Translations under genes and position numbers: made by a program | Part shown: positions 12,908 to 24,160 of the stretch, one piece after another | How the letters are laid out: each line of letters starts with the position of its first letter | Position numbering within the stretch: the stretch's first letter is position 1 | Origin: Lama guanicoe | Taxonomy: Eukaryota | Assembly (NCBI GenBank): GCA_013239625.1 | Contig: MU056050.1 | Span: 3,024,084-3,088,083 of the forward strand | Length of the DNA: 64,000 nucleotides | Direction of reading: 5' to 3' | Notes under the pieces: model-generated | Seen by the model: the letters and a program-made list of their open reading frames with translations, nothing else | Told to the model about the DNA's origin: nothing | The model's database searches: none

Positions 12908-13339
12908 GAAAAATTTATTGAGCTCCATTCTCATGCATGTACAATGGATAAAGAGAAATTAGGGATAATTTGAGTGGGACATTTTCAACCTTCTGAGGCT
13001 GAGTTCATGAAACGCACCAGGATATCTGATAGGACAACCCTCGTGGTCTCTGTCAAATGTGGATCCCTGCCAGGATGGATGATGAAGTACTTATAGGGGA
13101 ATAATTCTTCTGCCCTTGTAAGGATACTGAACATGGACTTAAAGCTATTTGGTTTTATTAAGGAAAAAGTTCAGCTGTCTATATAAACTTAGTTCATTTA
13201 ATAATTACCTCTCTGTGTTATACACACACACACATACAAACAACATAAAGACAAGGGAAAATAATTCTTAAAACTGCTTATCAATCCATTAAACTCTATG
13301 GCAAAAAAGTGACTCTTTGATGTTGGGAAAGCAAATTAC

Positions 13340-13363
13340 CTTTCTGTCTATTATAGCACGAAC
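13340..13363 (-). CDS. TENM1: Candidate second alternative 24-nt microexon (GSCYNRQK)
   Basis: ttttacttaagtgtactattgtcag|GTTCGTGCTATAATAGACAGAAAG|gtaatt. Phase 1/1, no stop codon. No expression evidence. Confidence 0.45.
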
Positions 13364-13516
13364 CTGACAATAGTACACTTAAGTAAAATTGCCAAAAGAC
13401 AAAAAACAAACAAACAAACAAACAAAAACCCCAAAGCCCCACCAACCCTTCCTTCCCCACATGCGTATTTCCCATTTAAAATATTTTTGTTATAAAACTA
13501 GTGAGAAAAATCTTAC

Positions 13517-13540
13517 CTCGGACAGCATCTAAGTAGTGAG
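13517..13540 (-). CDS. TENM1: Teneurin-1 24-nt microexon (AHYLDAVR) in the EGF7-EGF8 linker
   Basis: cttcccttttttag|CTCACTACTTAGATGCTGTCCGAG|gtaaga. Phase 1/1 and in frame; matches the AHYLDxxx linker insert known from teneurins 1, 3 and 4. Absent from the ORF track. Confidence 0.93.
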
Positions 13541-15137
13541 CTAAAAAAGGGAAGAGGGGGGGAAGAATGATTGAATGAATTTTCTGGGCGACTGAAGCTC
13601 TACAACAAGTACTAATGGTTTACCGCCTGTTGCCTGGGGAGGAGAACAGCAAACTGTGAACTGCTGAAATGTCTGCAGCTCAAAAGTGGGTACACTGGCC
13701 TGTGCAGTTTGTGAATAATATTTTCTGTGGGAAAGATATTAATGGCTTTTCTGCAAGAAACTCTATTAGGCTTCTGAAAAAAGTGTCATATTTCATTAAA
13801 AGTATAAGAACTGCATTTTTACATTTCAGTAATAACTTTCATGAAAGAGCAGTGGCTTGAACTTCTTATTAGTAATATCTTTAGAAGAGAGTTCTGGAGT
13901 AACCACCTTTGGTAATCATCACAATATTTAAATCCTCTTATGTGAAGGCAATAAACTTACTCTAGTGCAGGAATGTAATTACTTAAGCTGCATCTGAATC
14001 TCACCCCTCACCACCTTTTTAATGAATCTTAAATATTTTCCACAGTCACAGAACAAGACTTACTGTACCTTTAGTAGAGTAGTAATGCAGTTTATTAAAA
14101 TTGTATGTTATATATATTATATATCTTACACATTACTTTGGCAGGTTCCAACCATTATAACAAAATACTTTCACCTAAAAATGAAAGCTGTAGTGCAGTC
14201 TACTGGGGAAAAAAAGCCCACAAACAGTGAATTGGGTATCCAGAGGCCCACACTTGTTTTTGCATTGTATGAATTTTCTGTGTGCTCACAGAATGCCACT
14301 GAAACAGTCCATGACCCAGTTTCCTTAGCTGAACAATGGGAATCATACTTATCCCTCTGTATATGCAGAAAACCTCTATGGCAGACACATGTATGTGTCA
14401 AGGGCTTTTGATTTTTTTTTCAGAAAAATGAAGTATTTTATAATTGAAACTTTTGCTATTATTAGTGTTTTTTAGAGTGTGAAGACTACATGATGGATTA
14501 ATCATTACATAGGCTCTCACACCCACACACTGTTGTCCGTGGCAGCATCCTGAAAATTAGTGAAATTGGTGATGAGGGATGAGACAGAGTGGATGCCTTG
14601 GTACAAACTCTCTATAGTACCCAATAAATAATTCAACACAGATGTTCTATTGGGGGTAGGTCAGGAGTGTCCTCCTCACACGCATTAAAGGCAGCCCTTA
14701 ACGATATTGAATGGCCCCTGATAAAGGAGTTTCATTTAATGAAATCGCCTCTATGTGTTTTCAAGCAAAACAACCTATACTTTTCAAAAGGAAAAATGGG
14801 CAGTGAATGTTACCTTTATAACAAAAATACTTCTCTCACTAATTACACTTTAGTCTAATGTATCATCTATAATTTGAATAACTCAAAGCACTTGAAAGCA
14901 GAAAATATAAAGAATACTGAGGTGATGAGAAAGGAAACGACACAAGAAATAAGTAAGATATTATCAACAAAAGAGGAGACCTCCCAGTTAAGGGAACTTT
15001 CAAACTTACGGCCAACCCTCCTCCTGCTTCTCTCTTCCCCCCTCAATTTCTACAAGAAGCCTGGGGGTTGACTTGCTAGACTGCTTTACTTGTTCAATTA
15101 ATCCAATTTACTTTGTTCAAAGTATGGTGGTACTTAC

Positions 15138-15323
15138 CAATTGTGCAGTGGTCTCCCTCCCATCCAGGGCTGCATTCACATTTTCCATCTTTGCATTGGC
15201 CATGCTCAGCACAGTGAGAATGACAAGAGCGTTCTTCACATGTTGGTCCTACCCAACCTTCTTCGCACTGGCAAATTCCCCTTGAGCAGACTCCATGGCT
15301 ACCACACTCCATGGTACAGAGCT
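15138..15323 (-). CDS. TENM1: Teneurin-1 coding exon (186 nt, phase 1/1), EGF-like repeats 6-7
   Basis: Acceptor ctttgaattccccacag|AG and donor ACAATTG|gtaagta. Translates (E)[61 protein letters not shown], two tenascin-type EGF repeats recognised as teneurin-1. Confidence 0.96.
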
Positions 15324-15692
15324 CTGTGGGGAATTCAAAGAAGATATATTTACGTATTTTATTACAACCAGAGTCTACTCTCTCAAAAAGACATTAGAAT
15401 TACCAAAATCCCACTCTATACCTATATTTAAAATATAGAAACAAAATGTCACAAAGACCTCTAGCATCTGAGTGAATGTGCAAGGAACTCTGTTAAAAAA
15501 GGTAGTTATGTCTCTATGTATAAAATAAACTCTAAATCAAATTGATTTTGAGAAGTCTGCAAAATGATTATAGCATTCAAGACTTAGAAATGAAGTCAGT
15601 GCCAAACAAATGTCAAGTGGGTTTCACTAAAAATTCATTAAGATCACAGATAATGTTGCAGGGATTTTGTGATGCTATAAGAAATCACTGGG

Positions 15693-15696
<4 letters not shown>

Positions 15697-15733
<37 letters not shown>
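15697..15733. repeat. (AC)18 microsatellite; (UG)n in the TENM1 pre-mRNA
   Basis: Read directly from the sequence. Confidence 0.97.
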
Positions 15734-15738
<5 letters not shown>

Positions 15739-16619
15739 ATAGTGCCCTAATTTCATTCAGGAAGACAGGTTTTAGAACGAGAAAGATAACTTTCTAATAA
15801 AACTCATAATATACCAGAGGTAAAGCTGCCAATGACAATAATCAACTGGTTTCCCCGATCATACTAACAATATTTGCATTTCCTTTAAGCATTTAAAATG
15901 ACTCTTGGTTGATTAAAATACACAGTCTTCTCATCTCAAAATGCCATTCAATGTTTAGCCAATATAATCAACGTGTATTACCAGCTCTGCCCAGTTTCCC
16001 TCTTCTGTCTCTTTGACTATTTGTTGAGAAACATTGAACAGTAATAAAATCATGACAGTAGAGAAGTCAAAATAAATGTTTGGCTAGCTTGTTTCTTCAT
16101 CAAATTCCTTTGCTGGGTGAGCACAAGGGGGATAAAAGCCTACTGAAAGAATGCAATAGGTTTTGGGTACATTTGGGCACATATCCGTGAAAGAAAAAGA
16201 GGATGTTCTGGAAGCCAAGTTGTGTATCTTTCATAATCTCAAATTCTGAAACTGAGTTTATATATTGAGAGGTATTGACATATGATGATATCAGTATTAT
16301 CCTATATTACATGTAACAAAGCTCTTTATATGTAACAAAGGTTTCTACTCTGTAAATAGCAGAGTTATTTTTCAGTAGGTGAGAATATTCTTCTGATAAA
16401 GCTGTGATTATGGATTTTATTACTATCTGGATCAATATATTCACTAATTCATTCACAAGTATTCTTTGAGGGCCAAAGTGTCATAGAAAGAGTAGTGAGT
16501 TTGGAATAAGAATTCCTCTGCATAAAAGCTGTGTACCCTTAGGCAAATTACTAACATGCTTTCTTAGTCTCTGCTTGTGTAATGGAAGTAATAATATTTA
16601 TACCTCACAGGGCCGTTGA

Positions 16620-17070
16620 ACAGATCTAAGATATATTTTGGAGGTAGAACCAATATAAGTTCCTTAAGAGTGGATATAGGAATGAAAAAAGGGAAAAATA
16701 AAAGAAAAAAAGTTTTAGCTCAAACAAATGAGTGGTTAATGCTGCCATTAACAAAATGAGAAAGGATGAGGGAAGAGTAAGGGTGGATGATCAAACAAAC
16801 TTTAAGATAACATATAGATAGTTAAATGAAGATGTCAATTAAGTAGTAAGTTATATGAATTTGACAGGCCAGGGTTGGAGATATGAAATTGGCAACCATT
16901 AGCACATAGGTAGTATCTAGCATATAGGCATGAGACTGGATGATATCCCCTAAGGAATGAGCCCTGAGGTGTTCCATGATTTAAAGAAAGTTGTAAAGCC
17001 AGATTGGAATAGCTGGAAGAGTGAATACAAAACTGTGTGATCACCAGGTTGTAAGAAGTGTCCAGGAGCC
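16620..17070 (-). mobile_element. L2 fragment
   Basis: gatatattttggaggtagaacc ... gggttggagatatgaaattgg ... catgagactggatgatatc. Confidence 0.65.
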
Positions 17071-17619
17071 AGAAAATACCTCCAAAAAGGGGGAGCTTGG
17101 CCTAATAAATGGCAGCTCAAGCAGGTTAATTTTGAATTAGCACCAATACTCTATATCTTGATTCTGAATCTCTGATTGGTAATCTGGATTTCAAAATTCA
17201 GTTCCTGTAGTGAACTTGATATTGTAATTATGCTACAATTAATGGCTTCCTTCAAGACACTAAAAGCTGAACTGAAAGGGCCTTTCTAAGATGAGGGAGT
17301 TAAATTGGTCAAAGTCAATCAAGTGACAGCTGATTCAAACAATCAGAGGCAAATATTTTGCATATATTGCTTTTTACAACTATAAATTTTAGATATACAG
17401 GAGTATGTCATTTTGATGATTTCCTGAAAAGTAATAGGACTAGATGAACAGTATCAGCAACATGGCATACTAGGCTATCCTTAAACCACCTCAATATAAA
17501 TCCTTAGAAATGGTGAATATACTGTAATAATTTTGAAAACTGTATGCTTTAGCTCAGAATAAAGAGAAATTTTAAGTGCCAGAAGCAAGAGGATGCTAAT
17601 AGTAAAAAAAAAAAAAAAA

Positions 17620-17795
17620 NNNNNNNNNNNNNNNNNNNNNNNNNNNNNNNNNNNNNNNNNNNNNNNNNNNNNNNNNNNNNNNNNNNNNNNNNNNNNNNNN
17701 NNNNNNNNNNNNNNNNNNNNNNNNNNNNNNNNNNNNNNNNNNNNNNNNNNNNNNNNNNNNNNNNNNNNNNNNNNNNNNNNNNNNNNNNNNNNNNN
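17620..17795. other. Assembly gap (176 N) flanked by A-tracts on both sides
   Basis: Read directly from the sequence. Confidence 0.99.
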
Positions 17796-18329
17796 TAAAA
17801 AAAAAAAAAAAAAGCCTGTAAGTCAACTCTCTTGCAGCCCTGAGGGGTTATTATATCCAGCAATGACTAGGGGCTTGGGTATTTATGTCCACAAAGGGAA
17901 AAGAGATGAGGTCTCTGGCCCAGTTAAGATGTGGAGCTGGACTGAAACTCCTGCAGAAAGCAAGGACCCTTGAAAAGCAGCAATTTCAATGAGATGGGGA
18001 GTGATAAATCTATTCATGAGCCCAGAGAGATGGCAAGGAAGCACTGATGATATAACAATAATAACAACAATGACAATAATTATTATATTAAAAATTTGGG
18101 GGGTTAGAAAATAATATCAAAATAAAGTACTACCTTATCATAGTGTGGCAATGGAGTACCCTGTGCTCAATATTTCTAAAGGCTTGTGTTATTCAGAAAG
18201 GTGGAGCTCTGTTTCTAGTGATTGTGACCTAAGTAATTTTTACTCTTCTCTTCTGATGAGAATTAGAAAGTCTAGACAAAATATACTTAAAGTTTTGTTG
18301 GATGTTACTAGAGTTCACAAAATAGTAAA

Positions 18330-21210
18330 GAATTACTGGGCCAAGTTCCAGGAGAAAACAAAAACCCAGACAGGTGAGTCTGACATTTATGGATGCTTCT
18401 CCTCTAGAAGTGCCTGTCAATCCTGGTAGATGCAGCTGGAAGGCTCAGAGGCTGGGTAGAGCTTTTGTCAGTCTCATAGGTACAGAGAAAATACTTGACC
18501 AGATAATTGCTAAGAAATTTCCAATACTAAAGCAAACATCAAACCAAATACTGAAGCAAAACTGAAGAAGCAAAAAAAGAAAAAAAGACAGATTCACAGT
18601 AATAGTCAGAGACTATAATAACTTTCTTTCTTATGAACTGATGGAACAAGCAGACAACAACTCAGAAAGCATATGGAATATCTGAGCAAAAAAATGACAA
18701 ATTTGATCTAATTGGTACACGTAGAACATGGCACTAAAGGACTACAAAATACACATACATTTCAAGTGCACATGGAATACTTACAAATATGGACCATATG
18801 CTGGGCTATAAAGAAAGTCTCAAAATTTTTCAAAGTATTGAAATCATAAATAGTATGTTTGCTACCCACTATGGAATTAAACTTGAAATTGATAACAAAA
18901 GATAATTATATAATCCACATAATTTGGAAATTAACAAACTGACTTCTGAATGAACTGCAGAACAAAGAAGAAATCATCATGGAAATGAGAAAATATTTTG
19001 AAATGAATGAAAATGAAGGTACCATATAGCAAAATTTGTGTAATGTAACTCAGTCCATGTATATAAGAAATTTTACAATGTGGAAAGGAAACCCAGCTGA
19101 AAAATAAAGACCCAAGCATCCATTCTAAGAAATTACAAAAAGAAGAGCAAAGTAAACTCAAAGAGGGTAGAAGGAAGAAAATAATAATTATAAGAGCTGA
19201 AATTAATGAAATAGGAACAAACATATGATAGAAAGGATCAACAAACCAATGCTTGATGATTTGCATAGACCAATAAAATTGATAAACCCCTGATGGAGAC
19301 TGATCAATAAGAAAATACAGAAAACTCAAATAACTAATATGAGGAATGAAAAGGATGACACTGTCGCAAATCCTTCAGACATAACGCATCGTAAGAGGAT
19401 ATAACAAACAACTTCCCATCAACACATTTTAAACTTCCAGTGGAATGGACAAATTCTTAGAAAAATACAACTTTTAACAGGAAACAGAAGAAAAAATGGA
19501 AACTGAATAGTTTCTATAAAGAACCTTAATAAAGAATGAAAAAATTCCCCCCTCCACACAAAAAAATACATGGTAAATACATGAAACTTTTAAGGAAGAA
19601 AAATGATCAGTCTTGAATAAACTCTTCCAAAGAACAGAAAACAAGGAAACACTTCACAATGTGCTTTATGAGGTCAACATAACCTTGATATAAAATTCTG
19701 ACAAGGATATTATAAGAAAAAATACAGGCCAATCTCACTCATGAATATGGATGCAAAACCCCTAAACAAAATATTAACATAGAAAAACTAGTATTACATA
19801 ACAGGAAATAATATAATAACCAATTTGTGCTTATTCTAGAATGCAAGATTGCTTTAAGATTTGAAAATCAATCATTGTAATTCATCACATATACAGAATA
19901 AAAGAAAAATCTCATGATCATCTCCAAAGTTTTTATTTATGATAAAAACTTATAGCAAACTAAGACTAAAAGGAACTTTAATTGATAAAAATTAGCTACA
20001 AAAACCCCACAGTAAACATCATCTTTAATAGTGAGATGTTGAAATCTTTTTCTCTATTATTGAGACTGAGGAAAGATGTCTGTGACCATCACTTCTATAC
20101 TAATTCTAGAGGTCTTAGCCAGTTCAATAATGTAAGAAAAAGAAAAAATATATATAAATTAAAAAGGAATCAAATAATAATTATTCACAGATAAGTATGA
20201 CTGTACATGTGCAAACTACAAAAAGAATCTATATAGATAAATTATTAGAATTAACATGTGAATTTAGCAAGATCTCTAGATACTAGGTTAATATAGATAC
20301 AAAAGTTCTCTCTGTATATCAATAGTAAACAATGAGAAAATTTACAATAGCAGCACAGTATCATATACCTAGTAATAAATTTAACAAAATAGTTGCAAGA
20401 TCTACACTGAAAAACTATAAAACTTTACGAGAGAAAATAGAGAAGACCTGGATAACTGGAAAACTGTAACATGTTTATGAACTGAAAAACTCCAAATTAA
20501 AGATACCAATTTCCCTCAAATTGTTCTATAGATTCAATGCAACCCTGATGAATGTCTAACAGTTTTGTGTGCATGTATGTGCTTGTATGTTTGTGTGAAT
20601 TTTGATCAGTTAAAGAGAGAAGCAGAATAAGGGGAGAAGATGTACTCTAGCTGATAGCAAGACTTACTGTAAAGCCATGTTAATTTAGACAGTGGGTCCT
20701 GGTACAATGGCAAATAGACCAATGAGAGTAAGAGTCCTAAAACAGATCCACACATATAAGGATACTTGATTTATGGTAAAGGTGGCACTGTAGGCAAGTG
20801 GGAAATGACTACTGTTTTAAATTAAATGGTTCTGGGAAATTGAATATCCATTAGGAAAAAAAAATTAATCCCTTATTCACCTCATATACAAAATCAATTC
20901 CAGATGGATGTACTAAAACACAAAACGACAAAGCTTCTAGAACACAACATAATAAAACAATTTTATGATCTTAGAGTAGAAGAAAATTTCTTAAACTGTA
21001 CACAAAAATGCTAACTATAAAGGTAAGAGACTATATCAAAACTAAGAACTTCTTTTTATCAAAAGACAGAGAAAAAACATGCTATCAGTGATAGAATATA
21101 TTCAGAGTGGTGAGCAAGTGTTTCATACTTGGATAGTTCACTACGCTATACACTTAGGGTTTTTGTCTTTTTCTGTGTGTTATACTTTAATGAAATGTTA
21201 AGAAATTAAA
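18330..21210 (+). mobile_element. Degenerate ancient L1 (L1M-type): ORF1 scrap, ORF2 remnant and 3' end
   Basis: A-rich; endonuclease-region gaccatatgctgggctataaag; RT-region aggccaatctcactcatgaatatggatgcaaaa (RPISLMNMDAK); ttctatagattcaatgcaaccc. Many stops and frameshifts. Confidence 0.88.
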
Positions 21211-24160
21211 GATAATGATCAAAAGAATAGAAAACAGAAATACAATTTCCTAATCAGAAAAGGAGGAAAAGAATGAAGATAACCCAGTCAAATCGAAGAA
21301 AAGGCAGCAAAAGGGCAAAAGTCAATGAAAAAATAATGTAAATAGGAGGCACAAAAGAAGATTATAGGATATATATCTAAACATGTCAGTAACCCTAGTA
21401 AATAAAAACAAATTGAACTTGCAATTTAAGAGAGACTCTGGAATTGAGTGAAAAAGAAAACCTAGTTACGTTCTTTCTGTTAATAAGAGATGTGATGAAA
21501 TACACTAATACAGAAAAGGTAGCAATAAGAGAAAAAAAGGCATTGTAGTGACCAAGAAAAACTTGGTATAAATATAATATTAACAAATGAAAAAGATTTC
21601 AAGGTGTAAAGCATTTTATGGATAGTCATCATATGATAAAAAATTAATTCACCAAGAAGATGTAACAATCCAGACCCTGTAAGAAAGTATAGCTTCAAGA
21701 TATATAAAGCAAAACCCAACATATTATAATAAGACAAATTGAAAATTTCACAATCAGGAATGAGAAGGTAAAAAATTAGTGATAATGTAGAAAATTTGAA
21801 TAGTACAATCAACAACTCTAATTTAATGGACATATACAGAATACCAAAGCTATGATTACACAACACATAATCTTTTTGAGAACACACAAAACACCCAGAA
21901 AACTGACAAATAAAAGTTCAACAAATGGCAAAGATTCTACACAGCACAGATCATGCTGTTTCAGCAAAATGCACTGAAATTAGAAATCAATAAACAAAAA
22001 GCAAAACACAAAAAAGAGTTCCTTAAAAACATACTTGAAAATAATTCATGAATTACATTGGAATCTTGGAAATTAGGAACTAAATACTATTTATAAAAAC
22101 TTGTGGGATGCAGCTTACACAGTAACTTAGAGGAAATTTACAGCCTTTCATACATTTAATAGAAAAGAAGAACAATTGAAAATTAATGAACAAATCATCC
22201 AACTTGAGATTTAGGAAAAAGACTACATATAAGTAGAAGGGAGGAAACAATAAAAGATCTAAAGTTAATGAAATGAGAAAAAAAGAAACAATAGAGAAGA
22301 TGAACAAAACCAATATCTGTGTTTTTTACATGAACAGTAAATTAGAGAAAGCTTTGGCATGGTAGAACAAGAAGAAAAGAAAAGAAGTGATACAAATAAA
22401 CATTAAAGATTAAAACAGAAAAACGAGAGAGTCCTATGAACAACTTTATGCCAGTAAGTCTGAAACCTTAGATGAAGTAGATATTTTTCAAGAAACAAAT
22501 GGATTTGGGAATAAATAGAAAGCCTGAATATACCTTAAAGACACTGAAAACAGCCCAGATGGTTTTACAGGTGCATTTTGTCAAAGTTCCAAGAGACAGA
22601 TAATCTCTATTTTAAGTTACACCAGAGAACAGGAAAAGAGAGAAGTCTTCCTGAATCATTTTATGAAACCTCTTTAATCTAGTTCCAAAATAGGCTAAGA
22701 AAAGAAGGGGCTCTTTTGTAGGACAATCTCACTTATAAACATAGTTGCAAAAATCTCTAGTAAAAGATTTGGAAATCAGACCAGCAATGCACACAAACAC
22801 ACACACACATGCACACACACACAAATATAGAAAATTACAACCAAGTAGGCATGAATGCTAGGATGGCTTAACTTGTGAAAATCTATTAATGAAAGTCACT
22901 ACTGAATGAATCAATTTCACTGTAATCTTTTTTCACAACGGATTAAAGAAAAATTATCATCTTACATACAGGAAGAGCATTATATAAATATTATATATTT
23001 ACATCATAGTTCCTATTTATGATGGAATCTCTTAGCAAAACAGAATTAGAAGGGAATTTACCAAATACGATAAATATGATTTACCAAAATCCTAAAGTAA
23101 GCATCATAGTTAGTAATAAAATAGTACATATATTCTCCTTAAAGTCAGAAGTACTACAATTAACTACTGCTTCTAATTCAGTGTTGTACTGGAGATCTTA
23201 GCTAACACAATAAGGCAGCTAAAAATATAAAATGTGTAATGCCTGGAAAGGAAGACACAAAATTAAACATATAGGTAAACTATGGAAACAGGAAGAGAGG
23301 ATAGCAAAATTACTGGATACAAGATTAACAGAAAAAAATCAGCAGTATGCCTACATATCAGGGACAGCCAAATTAGAACATGTACTTTTTTTTTAAAAAA
23401 AGATCTCATTCATATTAATAACAAATCTAGCAAAAAATTCAACATTCTTTCATATAAGAATTTAAAACTTTTTGAATTGAGGAACACATACAAAAACCAA
23501 AGCAATGGAGAGATATACTATGTTCATGACTCACAAGCCTCAATATCATTAGGATGTCAATTTTCCTCTACCAGTTCTGTAAATTTAATGTAATTCCAGT
23601 CAATATCCCAACAACCTTTTTCACTGAGCTTGAAAACATGATCCTAAAATCCATGTGAAACAGAAAAGACTAATAATACCCAAGAATATTTTGAAAAAGT
23701 GTATTCATTGATATGTGTTTGTGTGTGTCCAATCTAAATGTACATCAATAGGAAAATGGATATATAAATTTTGGTGTATTCATATAGTGCAAAAAAACAC
23801 AGAAGTTAAGTTGAATGAAGTAGAGGCATATGCCTCAAAACTGATAAATCTTACAAACATAATGATAATGGGAGAAAGCAAGTTATTTATATGAAATTTA
23901 AACACCCACAGAACAATATATTTTATGGGTATATACATATTTGCAAAAGCTTAGAAATATGTACAAGAATGATTAAATTTGGGACAGTGGCTTCCACTGC
24001 TGGGAAGGAAGAGGACTGGAACCATCAAAGGATACATAGGGACTTCATTTGTATTTGTTAATTTTTAAAGCCAATTTGTGGGTTTATGGTTGTTGATTAT
24101 GTAATTTTATAGGTTTGAAATATTCAATAATAATTTCCAAAAGAAAATAAATAAAAGAAT
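21210..24160 (+). mobile_element. Second, more decayed L1 ORF2 and 3'UTR remnant (L1ME-like)
   Basis: Repeats the same ORF2 landmarks (aaaacttgtgggatgcagc, cccagatggttttacaggtg, aatctcacttataaacatagttgcaaaa) and ends in an L1ME-like tail. Confidence 0.82.

Noticed and set aside
13203..13260. Acceptor-like U/G tract followed by cagAGAG|gtaatt
   Set aside because: Would give a 2-4 nt frameshifting exon; implausible without expression data.
13955..14000. Strong donor AGA|gtaagt between the EGF7 exon and the microexon
   Set aside because: The nearby upstream AGs lack a pyrimidine tract.
17549..17973. ORFs containing X runs
   Set aside because: Artefacts of the N gap.
18931..23593. Several 60-135 aa ORFs
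   Set aside because: Sense or antisense fragments of decayed L1 sequence; no intact ORF2.
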